NCBI GenBank assembly: GCA_965369945.1
Contig: CBDUST010000001.1
Span: 15,201 to 79,200, forward strand
Origin: an uncultured bacterium
GTDB lineage: Bacteria; Planctomycetota; Phycisphaerae; Phycisphaerales; SM1A02
Length of the DNA stretch: 64,000 nucleotides
Reading direction: 5' to 3'
Below the pieces are notes generated by a model. The model was not told the origin of the DNA, ran no database searches, and saw nothing but the letters and a program-made list of their open reading frames with translations. The position numbers were made by a program, and so were the translations under genes. Positions 55,220 through 64,000 of this stretch are shown here, piece by piece; position 1 is the stretch's first letter; each line of letters opens with the position of its first letter.

Positions 55220-56889
55220 GACTCGCCGCGTCCCGGGCGCTGTTCATCCTGCTGCCTCTTCTCAACGGGTGCAACGATGCCCCGCCGTCCACATCGTCCG
55301 ACGCGCCGCCATGGCTGGAGGACGTCGCGGAGGCACACGGCGTGGACTACACCTATTTCTCCGGACACGCGGAGCGATTCCTCATCCCCGAGGGTGTGGG
55401 CGGCGGCGTGGCGCTGTTCGACATGGACGGCGACGACGACCTGGATCTCTACTTCGTCCAGGGCGGCGCGTGCATCGTCTCCGCCGACGACTGCGCGCCG
55501 AATCAGCTCTATCGCAACAACGGAGACGGAACTTTCGTCAACGTCACCGCCGGCAGCGGCGCCGATCACCGCGGCTACGGCATGGGCGTGGCCTGCGGCG
55601 ACTACGACAACGACGGGGACGTCGATCTCTACGCCACCTGCCTCGGGCCCAACGTCCTGCTCCGCAACGACGGCGAGGGGCGCTTCACCGATGTCAGCGC
55701 CTCCGCCGGCGTCGATGACGACGCCTGGGGCGCCAGCGCCGCGTTCGTCGACTACGACCACGACGGCGATCTCGACCTGTACGTCGCCAACTACATCAAC
55801 TGGTTCATCGACCGTGACCTGCCCTGCTACAACGATCGCGGCGAGCTGGACTACTGCGGGCCCGTCAGCTACGACGCGCCCGCTCCGGACGTGCTCTACC
55901 GAAACAACGGCGATGGCACGTTCACCGACGTCAGCGACGAGGCGCTGCGAGACGAGTACTACGGCAACGGGCTCGGTGTCATCTGCGGCGACTTCACCGG
56001 CGACGGGCTCGTGGATATCTTCGTCTCCAATGACGGCATGCGGGATCAGCTGTGGGCCAACCACGGCGACGGCACGTTTCGCGACGTCGGCCTGACGTGG
56101 GGCTGCGGGTACGACAACAGCGGTCAGCCCAAGGCCGGCATGGGCGTCACCGCCGCCGACATAGATGACGACGGCGACCTCGACGTCATGGTGTGCAACC
56201 TCGCCACCGAGTCCGATTCGTTCTTTCTCAACACCAACGGCTTCTTCCTCGACTCGACCGCATCGGTCGGCCTCGCCGCGGCCAGCCGCTCGTTCACGCG
56301 GTTCGGGATGGCCTGGGTCGATCTCGACAACGACGCATACTTGGACCTGTACCAGGCCAACGGACGTATCGCCCGGCACGGGCAGCATTACTCCGACAAT
56401 CCCTACGCCGAGCCGAACCTGCTGATGCAGGGCGGGCCCGGCCCTTGGTTTGACGCCGTCGAGCCGCTCGGAGGGACCGCCGAGCTGCTCGCGCACACGA
56501 GCCGCGGCGCCGCGTTCGGCGACATCGACAACGACGGCGGCATGGACGTCGTCGTCGTCAATCGCGGCGCCCGCGCGTACGTGCTTCGCAACGTCGTGCC
56601 CGACCGCGGACACTGGATCGTGCTCCGCGTGATCGACGAGCACGGCCGGGACGCCTTCGGGGCGACGATCCGCATGACGCTGGGGGATCGCCGCATCGCC
56701 CGAGACGTGCGCGCGGCCTACAGCTACTTCGCAAGCAACGACCCGCGCGTGCACGTCGGTCTCGGCGACGCCACGAGCGTCACCAACGTCACCATCACCT
56801 GGACGGACGGGACCACCGAGTCCTTCGGCGACCTCATCGCCGACCGGATCACCACCCTCACTCGCGGCACCGGACGGAGCGGCTCCTAG
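55216..56889 (+). CDS. FG-GAP/VCBS-repeat lipoprotein with an ASPIC/UnbV C-terminal domain (CRTAC1-like)
   Basis: The start overlaps the TPR stop (ATGA). The lipobox is LLNG-C. There are repeated DxDxDGDxDLY motifs. The C-terminus reads AYSYFASNDPRVHVGLGDATSVTNVTITWTDG. Confidence 0.9.
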   Translation: MRLAASRALFILLPLLNGCNDAPPSTSSDAPPWLEDVAEAHGVDYTYFSGHAERFLIPEGVGGGVALFDMDGDDDLDLYFVQGGACIVSADDCAPNQLYRNNGDGTFVNVTAGSGADHRGYGMGVACGDYDNDGDVDLYATCLGPNVLLRNDGEGRFTDVSASAGVDDDAWGASAAFVDYDHDGDLDLYVANYINWFIDRDLPCYNDRGELDYCGPVSYDAPAPDVLYRNNGDGTFTDVSDEALRDEYYGNGLGVICGDFTGDGLVDIFVSNDGMRDQLWANHGDGTFRDVGLTWGCGYDNSGQPKAGMGVTAADIDDDGDLDVMVCNLATESDSFFLNTNGFFLDSTASVGLAAASRSFTRFGMAWVDLDNDAYLDLYQANGRIARHGQHYSDNPYAEPNLLMQGGPGPWFDAVEPLGGTAELLAHTSRGAAFGDIDNDGGMDVVVVNRGARAYVLRNVVPDRGHWIVLRVIDEHGRDAFGATIRMTLGDRRIARDVRAAYSYFASNDPRVHVGLGDATSVTNVTITWTDGTTESFGDLIADRITTLTRGTGRSGS

Positions 56890-56937
56890 CACCCCGTTGA
56901 AGAACTCGGGTGGCTCCCGAGTGCGAGGCTTTTCGTC

Positions 56938-57171
56938 TTGCCAAGGAGGCGAAACGAGGGCATATGGGCTATCTATGACGGCAACGGCGGATCGCCCGGC
57001 GCGGTCATCGATACCAGCAGCGGGTTGAACTTCAACACGACGTGCGATCAAAACGCGAATGGTTGGGACTTCTACGACATCACCTTCGATCTCGGCGGCA
57101 TTGGCGTGGCCGTGAATGCAGGCGACAACTACTTCGGCGCATGTGCAAGCGTTCCCACTGATACTCCGTGA
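56938..57171 (+). pseudogene. internal fragment of a paralogue of the PEP-CTERM protein at 52978-53592
   Basis: WAIYDGNGG...CDQNANGWDFYDITFDLGG aligns with WAIYLGDPN...FDQNTNGFDFFFIDFDLDN. The fragment has no signal peptide and no PEP-CTERM tail. Confidence 0.6.
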
Positions 57172-57216
57172 CTCGCGGCGTACTTCCCAACGCAATCGGC
57201 GAGCTTCTGTGTTACC

Positions 57217-58992
57217 TTGGGTGACAGTGTGCCGAAGTCGAACGCGCGAGAATGGGCCGGACGCAGGACGGGACCTCCGCTGGTGCTGGCGGTATTGGCC
57301 GCCTACGGATGCGACCGATCCACGCCGGAGGACCTCGAGCCGGTAGAGCGGGTCGTTGAAAACCCCATCTTCCGCGACGTGACGCACGAGGTGGGAGTTC
57401 AGTTCATCCACTTCACCGGAGCGACTGGCCAGTACTACTTCCCGGAGATCATGGGCGCGGGGGTAGCGCTGCTCGACTACGACGGCGACGGGGATCTCGA
57501 CCTCTACCTGCTCCAGGGGAATCTGCTCATGCCGGGCGACCGCCTGGAAGACGCCCTCTTTCCTCCGGACGAGGCGCTTCCACTGAGCAATCGTCTCTAT
57601 CGCAATGATCTGATCGTCGATGGCCAGCGCACCGGCGCCCTGCGCTTCACCGACGTCACGGCCGAATCGGGCGTCGGTGATACGGGATACGCCCTGGGCT
57701 GCGCGGTCGGTGACTACGACGGCGACGGGGACGCGGATCTGTACGTGACGAACTACGGGCCGAATGTCTTGTACCGCAACGAAGGCGACGGCACATTCAC
57801 GGACGTCACGGAGACGGCGGGTGTGGATGACGCGCGGTGGAGCACCAGTGCCGCGTTTCTCGACTACGACGGTGACGGTGATCTCGATCTGTATCACACC
57901 AACTACGTTGCATTCGCCGACGACATCGGGCGGGTATGCCGCCGTCCGACTGGAGATCGCGAATACTGCACGCCGCTCTCGTTTCGTCCGCTGCCTGATG
58001 TGCTCTACCGCAATGACGGCAACGGCACCTTCACGGATGTCTCAGCGTCGGCGGGTCTTGACGAGGCGTTCGGGAACGGGCTCGGCGTGATCACCGCGGA
58101 CTTTGACAACGACGGAGCGATCGACATCTACGTCGCGAACGACGGCGTGGCCAATCAACTGTGGATGAACCGCGGAGACGGCACATTCGAGGACCGCGCC
58201 CTGCTGGCCGGCGTCGCGTTGAACGAGTCGGGCACCGCCGAGGCGAGCATGGGCGTGACCGTCGTCGACTACGATGGGGACGGTGACGAGGACATCTTCG
58301 TCACAAACCTGATCCTGGAGACGAACACCCTGTACGTGAACCAGGGCAACGCTCTGTTCGACGACCGAACGTTCGATCAGTCGCTGGGTCCGTCGAGCCG
58401 CCCGATGACGGGATTCGGAACGTGCTTCCTGGACTACGACAACGATGGTGGGCTCGACATTCTCGTCGTCAACGGGGCAGTGGCGAAGATCGACACGCAG
58501 CTGAGCGACCCATACCCGTACCTGATGCCGAACCAGCTCTTCCGAAGCACGCCAACGGGACGATTCGAAGACGTATCACACCAGGCCGGGCCGTCATTCG
58601 CGCAGCTCGAGTCGAGTCGCGCCGCCGCCGTCGGCGATCTCGATCTGGACGGCGATGTCGATGTCGTCATTACCAACAACAACGGCCCGGCGCGTGTGTT
58701 GCTCAACGAAGCGAAGACCGACAACCACTGGCTTCGCGTCCGCGCCGAGCCGTGGACCGACGGGTGCGGCGCCGTCGTCGAGCTGACCCGGGCCGACGGC
58801 GTGAGGTTCGCGCGTCGCGTTCGCACGAATGGCAGCTATTGCTCGGCGCGGGACCGGCGTGTCTATTTCGGCCTCGGGACTGCGGCCGACGCGGTCGCCA
58901 TCACCGTGCGCTGGCCGGACGGAACTCGCGAGCAATGGACGGACGTCGCCGTGGACCGCGAAGTGGTCGTGCGACGAGGAGAAGGCCAATGA
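57217..58992 (+). CDS. FG-GAP/VCBS-repeat lipoprotein with an ASPIC/UnbV domain, paralogue 2
   Basis: The lipobox is LAAYG-C. The repeat architecture is the same (DYDGDGDLDLY and similar). The C-terminus reads NGSYCSARDRRVYFGLG...ITVRWPDG. The start codon is non-ATG, so the 5' end is approximate. Confidence 0.9.
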   Translation: MGDSVPKSNAREWAGRRTGPPLVLAVLAAYGCDRSTPEDLEPVERVVENPIFRDVTHEVGVQFIHFTGATGQYYFPEIMGAGVALLDYDGDGDLDLYLLQGNLLMPGDRLEDALFPPDEALPLSNRLYRNDLIVDGQRTGALRFTDVTAESGVGDTGYALGCAVGDYDGDGDADLYVTNYGPNVLYRNEGDGTFTDVTETAGVDDARWSTSAAFLDYDGDGDLDLYHTNYVAFADDIGRVCRRPTGDREYCTPLSFRPLPDVLYRNDGNGTFTDVSASAGLDEAFGNGLGVITADFDNDGAIDIYVANDGVANQLWMNRGDGTFEDRALLAGVALNESGTAEASMGVTVVDYDGDGDEDIFVTNLILETNTLYVNQGNALFDDRTFDQSLGPSSRPMTGFGTCFLDYDNDGGLDILVVNGAVAKIDTQLSDPYPYLMPNQLFRSTPTGRFEDVSHQAGPSFAQLESSRAAAVGDLDLDGDVDVVITNNNGPARVLLNEAKTDNHWLRVRAEPWTDGCGAVVELTRADGVRFARRVRTNGSYCSARDRRVYFGLGTAADAVAITVRWPDGTREQWTDVAVDREVVVRRGEGQ

Positions 58993-60428
58993 CGAGCCGA
59001 GCGCGGAACACCGCGCTGGTTGCCGGCACCCTCGCGCTGGCGGCGGCCGGACTTACGATGCATTTCTCCGGCGCGCTCCGCGCCGCGCCCGACCTCGAGC
59101 CAATCCCCGAGATTCGCGTGACCACAACGGACCACGCCGTTCAGGAACAGCTCGTCGGGGCGAGGCGCGTCGTCGAGGACGATCCATACGACGCCGCCGC
59201 CAACGGAAGACTGGGCATGCTCTACGAGCTGTACCTGTATCCGGAAGCGATGCGTGTGTGCTACGAGCGCGCAAGCCGACTGGCGCCGAGCAAATTTCGC
59301 TGGAAATATCACTTGGGCCGATCCGAACGAATGCTCGGCGATCCCGACGCCGCGATCGTAACGCTCCGAAGCGCTCTTGAGATCGACGAAGAGTACGTGC
59401 CCGCGCTTGTGGAGCTGGGCGAGGCGTATCTGGAACGCCGTCGCAGCGCCGAAGCTGAAACGACCTTCCAGTCGGCATTGCGTCTGAACCCGCAGTCGTG
59501 CGCCGCAATGCTCGGGCTCGGCCGGGTCATGGCGAAGCGGGGTGAGCACGACGCGGCGATCAAGCACTACGAAGAGGCGCTGCGGGTAGCGCCGGACCAT
59601 GCACCACTTCATTACGCGCTGGGACTGTCCTATCGCGCGCTTGGCGAGACGGACAAGGCGCAGCTCCACCTCGAGACGGCCCGGAACGGCAAACCCAACA
59701 GTCCGGACGCCGATCCACTCCGGGACGAGATACGTGATCTGGAAGTCGGTATCGATGCTGACTTTCGACGCGCCACGCAGTTGCTCAATTCCAGGCAGTA
59801 CGACCGAGGTATTACGCTCCTTCGCAAGGTGGTGGCCGCTGATCCCGATCACCATGGCGCCTTCGCGTCGCTCGGCAAGGCACTGCTGCTCGTGAACCAG
59901 CCCGTCGAGGCGCTTGCCGCGTACGAAAAGGCGATCGCGCTCGATCCGTCCAACGTGGAATGCCTTCGAATGTCCAGCGTACTTCTGTACCGCGCGCAAC
60001 GGTTCCAGAGCGCCGTTGAGCGGCTGGAGAAGGTATTCGAGTCGGGCGTCAGTAACGCCGACGATCATCACCTGTACGGCGCCATACAGATGCAACTGAG
60101 GCACCCGGTCGAGGCGATCCGCCACTTCGAGATTGCGCTCGAGCAGAAACCGGACCATGTCGACGCGCGGCGAGGACTAGTGGCGATGTTGAAGTTCCAA
60201 GTGAACCAAGCCGCGACGGATGCGGAAGCGGTGTCGATTCTACGGCGCATCATCGAGCTTGAACCGAGCGACACCCAGGCCCTGACCATACTCGGCACCC
60301 GGCTCGAGCGTATGGGTGATCTGGCCGCAGCGCTCGACACATTCGAACGGGCGCTCGCGGCGAATCCGAATCTTCCGGAAGTCGTGCGGAAATGCGAAGA
60401 GCTGAGAGCGAGGCTCGATTCGAGGTGA
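58989..60428 (+). CDS. TPR-repeat protein, paralogue 2
   Basis: The ATG at 58989 overlaps the upstream stop (ATGA). The N-terminal hydrophobic segment is NTALVAGTLALAAAGLTM. TPR units run throughout (GRLGMLYELYLYPEAMRVCYERASRLAP...). Confidence 0.85.
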   Translation: MTSRARNTALVAGTLALAAAGLTMHFSGALRAAPDLEPIPEIRVTTTDHAVQEQLVGARRVVEDDPYDAAANGRLGMLYELYLYPEAMRVCYERASRLAPSKFRWKYHLGRSERMLGDPDAAIVTLRSALEIDEEYVPALVELGEAYLERRRSAEAETTFQSALRLNPQSCAAMLGLGRVMAKRGEHDAAIKHYEEALRVAPDHAPLHYALGLSYRALGETDKAQLHLETARNGKPNSPDADPLRDEIRDLEVGIDADFRRATQLLNSRQYDRGITLLRKVVAADPDHHGAFASLGKALLLVNQPVEALAAYEKAIALDPSNVECLRMSSVLLYRAQRFQSAVERLEKVFESGVSNADDHHLYGAIQMQLRHPVEAIRHFEIALEQKPDHVDARRGLVAMLKFQVNQAATDAEAVSILRRIIELEPSDTQALTILGTRLERMGDLAAALDTFERALAANPNLPEVVRKCEELRARLDSR

Positions 60429-60800
60429 ACGGGCTCTCCCACGCGCCCGGCATGGAGCCGGCTGTTGCCAGTGGAAACAGGAACAGTGGGATGTCTCGGT
60501 GAATCACGATGGGAAACAAATGGAGCTGCGGCTGATACTTCTGTTCCCAGACAAAGGTCGCCGCATTTCGTCCGGCCCCGGCGTGCTTCCGGCGGGCCTC
60601 GGCCACCAGCTTGGCCCGGAACAGAATGGCCGCTTCGGCCCCATCGCCGATCGTGTTCTGACCATGATCGCCGACTGGCTGGAGCAGCGCATCGCAACGG
60701 ATTAGTCATCAGTCGATGAGCCAGAGTGCGTAGAATACGACTCACTTCCGGAGTTCAAGGATGAGCAACACCCCGACACCAAACGCAGCTAACGGTCGCG

Positions 60801-60998
60801 GTGAGCACGGCGTACAGCTATCTGGCGAGTAATGATCCGCGTGTACATGTCGGGCTGGGCTCGCACGGGGTCGCCAACCAAGTCACGGTGCGCTGGATCG
60901 ACGGCGAGGTCGAATCATTTGGCGACCTGTCCGCCAATCAGATAGTCACGCTCGAGCACGGCAGTTCGAGAATGCCTGCTCAATTACCGGGAAACTGA
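60801..60998 (+). pseudogene. C-terminal remnant of a third ASPIC/UnbV gene
   Basis: AYSYLASNDPRVHVGLGSHGVANQVTVRWIDGEVESFGDL matches the last 60 aa or so of the gene at 55216-56889. Nothing upstream is in frame. Confidence 0.7.
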
Positions 60999-61072
60999 GC
61001 ATCCTGAGAACGAAGCGCCGATTCCAGCCCAACCTCAGGTACAATACGCACACGCCGAACAGGGGTCCGCTC

Positions 61073-63511
61073 ATGGGTACACATCAGCGTGTACTTTCTT
61101 GCATCTGGCTTCTAGCTGGTCTTTGTCTCGTTTCGAATGCCCAGGGACAAGGCTCCACCCTCTTCTCTACACCGATCACGAGTGAGGAACTTGAGCAATA
61201 CGCTGCGATTCTGTCGCTCACTGAATCGCAAAGCGAGGCGATCGAAGCCCCCTTCCAGGAATACCAACAATCGTGCAGTGCGATCAACCAAAATGATATT
61301 CCTCAGTGGGAAACTGAACGGACGACTGCGCTGCGCAGCGGCCCGGAAACAGCATTCAATGTTCCGCTTCAACGTAAGTACTACAGGAAGTGCCTGGCGA
61401 TCCGCGCGCGACTAGCAGCGCTAGACAACCAGTTTCTTCAGCAGCTCGATGCTCATTTGTCCGAAGATCAACGCCCGAGCATGCAGCATGTGCGTCTGCT
61501 GCGTGAGCGAGCGCGTTTTCGGTTGACAATTCTGCGCAGCGGGCAGGTTCGTCACGAAACCACCATCGACTTGGCGCAACTCCTGCGTTCGATCGAGCTG
61601 ACTGCCGATGAACACAAGGCGCTTGAGGCTGTCCTGGAAGGGTATGGATCGGCCATGGTTGCGGCTGTGCGCCGCTACGGCTCGGCGCTGATCGAACGGA
61701 TGATCGTTTGGGGAGACGAACAGGAGGATCCGGAGAAACGAACGCTCCAGTGCAATGAGCCGGGCGTCGGCGTTCTCGAAGTGAATCGAAAATGGCTCGA
61801 GGTGATCGCCGGCGTACTGTCGCCTCAAGCAGCCGCACAGCTGCGCGACGTCTACCGCAAGGAGGCTTACCACGGCATCTATCCCGATCTTGAAAACGCG
61901 CAACGCATGTTCGATGCCGTGCTCCGGATGCCACAACTCAACGATGAACAGAAGACGGCGATCACCGCCCAACGCAATGCGTACATCGAACAGCACACCC
62001 GGCTCACCGAACGGATCATCGCGCTGGTGGATGAGATGCGCCGCTCGCCGGAGTTCTGGCTGGCGGTGGGATCGTCCCTCGTCGTACCGCTGGAGGGGCT
62101 TGATGAGGCTCACGCCCTTATGGATCGCCGCAAGGAATTGAACCGCGAGGCGGCTGAAACCCTTGCGGCGCTCCTTGGCGAGGCACGGATTCGAGCGATG
62201 CGGCGGGCGGCATACGCCGAATACAGCGGCAAGGCAATGGTGCGTCTTCCGATTCCAAAGCGCCTGCCGCGATTCATGCGCATTCAACTGGCCAACGATA
62301 CGGTGGCAGGCTCGGCGATGGGCGGATCGCCCGTGCTGACGCTGTTCTTCGTCGAGTCGTACCCGCCCATCAAGACGCAGTGGGTCCAGCAGCTTGCTGA
62401 CAAACTTGAATTGACTGACTCGCAGCGTGATATCGCGCTGACCCTGCACGAGCAGTACGCCAAGGATCTCATGGCCCAGCGCAATGCTATTCCTGAGGAG
62501 ATCAAAAAAGGTGAGGAACAGCTCTGGGCGTACGGGGACGATGATTCTTTCGAACCACCGACGCTTGACGAAGTCGAGGAACTTCATATCCAGAAAATGC
62601 GAATCGTCGATTCGCTTCTCCGGATCGATAATCGTTTCTTTGACGACCTGGGGGGCGCCGGCCTCTCCTCGGAACAGAAGGCGAAGCTCGCTAGCGCCCG
62701 CCGTTCGCGCACGCGGTCTCTTTATCTTCGTAGAAGCGGTTCCAGGATGTGGCTGCAAGGCAGGTACATCGGCGGGAGATCGGAGCTGTACGAACTCGAT
62801 CTGCTGCCATTGCTCGATGACATCGAACCTCCCTCAGAGAACGCAGAAGAATTCAGCACGATACGTGATTCATATGATGTGACTACGGCAAATTTGGCGC
62901 GGCAGCGCTTCGAGGCGGCGCACGACTGCAAACTTCTCGCAGAACAGCTAATCATAGAGTCGTTTCGCGACGGCGATGAATACTACGAATTCAGCTTGAT
63001 GGGTGAGAATGATCGGGCCCGCCGGTTCAATGCGGCGTGCGCGCGCCTCGCCTCAGCTGAGGAGCAATACTACCAGCTGAACCGCTCGACGCCGAAACAA
63101 CTGATGGATTTGCTCACACCCGACGTTGCACGAACGCTGGAAGATCGCTTTCGTGAAGCTGCTTATCCGGAAATCCTTGAAGATCCTCAGGCAATGCACG
63201 AGAAACTGGAAACGGCACTGCGCACACTCGATCTCTGTGCGGATGAGCGTAAGGCAATTGTCAGTCTTCGAGATGAATACAGTCGCAATTACAGGGCACT
63301 GATCGGCCGGCTCGTCGCCACGCAACGGCATCCGCGCGATGTCGGGTACTACCGGATCGATAACGGCTTGGTCAGTCGCAATTGGCACGCTCAATACGGC
63401 CAGCAGTGGCAAGAAGTCGAGGCATTGCAGTTCGAGCGCAAGGAACTGAACGCTTCGTTTCGGCGCCGTCTCGATCTCATTCTTGGGCCCGAAGACCGTT
63501 CACAGCGATAG
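61073..63511 (+). CDS. secreted all-helical protein built from LTxxQ-like repeats, 812 aa
   Basis: The signal is MGTHQRVLSCIWLLAGLCLVSNAQG. About 9 repeats follow the pattern L-[TSN]-x-x-[QE]-x-x-x-[IL]...Y, for example LTESQSEAIEAPFQEY, LNDEQKTAITAQRNAY and LTDSQRDIALTLHEQY. Confidence 0.75.
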   Translation: MGTHQRVLSCIWLLAGLCLVSNAQGQGSTLFSTPITSEELEQYAAILSLTESQSEAIEAPFQEYQQSCSAINQNDIPQWETERTTALRSGPETAFNVPLQRKYYRKCLAIRARLAALDNQFLQQLDAHLSEDQRPSMQHVRLLRERARFRLTILRSGQVRHETTIDLAQLLRSIELTADEHKALEAVLEGYGSAMVAAVRRYGSALIERMIVWGDEQEDPEKRTLQCNEPGVGVLEVNRKWLEVIAGVLSPQAAAQLRDVYRKEAYHGIYPDLENAQRMFDAVLRMPQLNDEQKTAITAQRNAYIEQHTRLTERIIALVDEMRRSPEFWLAVGSSLVVPLEGLDEAHALMDRRKELNREAAETLAALLGEARIRAMRRAAYAEYSGKAMVRLPIPKRLPRFMRIQLANDTVAGSAMGGSPVLTLFFVESYPPIKTQWVQQLADKLELTDSQRDIALTLHEQYAKDLMAQRNAIPEEIKKGEEQLWAYGDDDSFEPPTLDEVEELHIQKMRIVDSLLRIDNRFFDDLGGAGLSSEQKAKLASARRSRTRSLYLRRSGSRMWLQGRYIGGRSELYELDLLPLLDDIEPPSENAEEFSTIRDSYDVTTANLARQRFEAAHDCKLLAEQLIIESFRDGDEYYEFSLMGENDRARRFNAACARLASAEEQYYQLNRSTPKQLMDLLTPDVARTLEDRFREAAYPEILEDPQAMHEKLETALRTLDLCADERKAIVSLRDEYSRNYRALIGRLVATQRHPRDVGYYRIDNGLVSRNWHAQYGQQWQEVEALQFERKELNASFRRRLDLILGPEDRSQR

Positions 63512-63641
63512 TCGCGTTTGGAAAGGGAGGACAAAGAGTTGCGTGTGCGGGGCCGGCGCGCACACACGGCCCCGGGGTTGAAGCCCGAGGCCGTGCGCGA
63601 GGAACCTGGCCAAGGCCAGGGAGGAGAAAGAATCTCAGGTG

Positions 63642-64000
63642 CTACCGTTCAGAAGATCCCCAATTCGCAAGGAGTATGAGCAGGTCGCCGCTGCTGACAA
63701 CGCCGTCGGCATTAAGGTCGGACGTGCAGTTCTCGCACGCCCCCCAGTTATCGCGCAGCAGGTCAAGGTCATGCAGATCGACGACGCCGCTGCCGTCCAG
63801 GTCGCCCCGGCCCCAGAATGCGCGACCCCGGAACGAGCCGGCTCGATGTATTGCCGGCTGTGAGTAGCTCGACGCTTGCGGGCACGAGCCCCAATTCTGC
63901 AGCAGGAACGACACGTCCGACGCATCGACATCATCATCGCGATCCAGATCACACGGCCCACTGGCCCCTTCCATCCCCCATTGGCTGAGCAATATCAGCA
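63642..64000 (-). CDS. C-terminal part of a protein with three dockerin/EF-hand-like repeats (partial; continues beyond the window)
   Basis: The three repeats are CDLDRDDDVDASDVSFLLQNWGSC, GDLDGSGVVDLHDLDLLRDNWGAC and SDLNADGVVSSGDLLILLANWG. The frame is open to the window edge. Confidence 0.7.
   Translation of the reverse strand, partial: LILLSQWGMEGASGPCDLDRDDDVDASDVSFLLQNWGSCPQASSYSQPAIHRAGSFRGRAFWGRGDLDGSGVVDLHDLDLLRDNWGACENCTSDLNADGVVSSGDLLILLANWGSSER

Noticed and set aside
54922-57897. A 991-aa ORF on the minus strand, the longest in this part of the track.
   Set aside because: It is exactly antisense to the two ASPIC/UnbV genes. Its sequence is V/R/A/G-rich low-complexity (VVVEKRGTGAPPRV...) with no motifs. 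This is the typical shadow ORF opposite Asp-rich (GAC/GTC) coding DNA.
60430-60800. Mirror-image ORFs: 60499-60705 plus (68 aa, ending PIADRVLTMIADWLEQRIATD) and 60250-60606 minus (which includes FVWEQKYQPQLHLFPIVIHRDIPLFLFP).
   Set aside because: Both share the same codon register on opposite strands, and by hand count their third-position GC is similar (about 70-72%). Neither has a motif I can name or a clear SD. This is probably a gene remnant, but strand and identity cannot be decided without a homology search.

Overview
This is a 64 kb window at roughly 60% GC with dense coding on both strands. The gene content points to a Planctomycetota chromosome, possibly Phycisphaerae-like. It includes DUF1573 and DUF1570 proteins, a Ser/Thr kinase fused to an FGE/SUMF1-type domain, and an RpoA-CTD plus TPR protein. 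It also includes squalene-hopene cyclase, a Bat-like vWA cluster, ASPIC/UnbV FG-GAP lipoproteins with TPR partners, and PEP-CTERM and dockerin-like secreted proteins. All family calls come from motifs read by eye in the supplied translations; no search or computation was run. I can support about 50 protein-coding genes, two gene remnants, a few promoters and terminators, and several families of short repeats. I saw no rRNA, tRNA, CRISPR array, integrase, transposase or reverse transcriptase. Most of the window is ordinary housekeeping or envelope DNA (dnaB, HU, ECF sigma, ABC, Na/Pi, MATE, LpxL-like, shc). I do not see a convincing complete novel multi-gene system. Six places are most worth a second look. 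(1) An A/T-richer insert of about 3 kb (12.0-15.1 kb) splits an ABC permease/ATPase pair; it carries a soluble Hanks-type kinase with an unassignable C-terminal domain, a 56-codon RHH gene missed by the ORF track, and many repeats. (2) A 12-bp x6 tandem array ends in a perfect 16-bp palindrome (2860-2935). (3) A palindromic element of about 40 nt occurs once in ambiguous DNA and once in frame inside a kinase gene. (4) A consensus promoter plus a 42-codon ORF with a strong SD sits upstream of a PEP-CTERM gene. (5) The PEP-CTERM/TPR/ASPIC cluster shows modular duplication and decay. (6) A Tat-type signal lies upstream of the first canonical start codon of a SpoIID-like gene.
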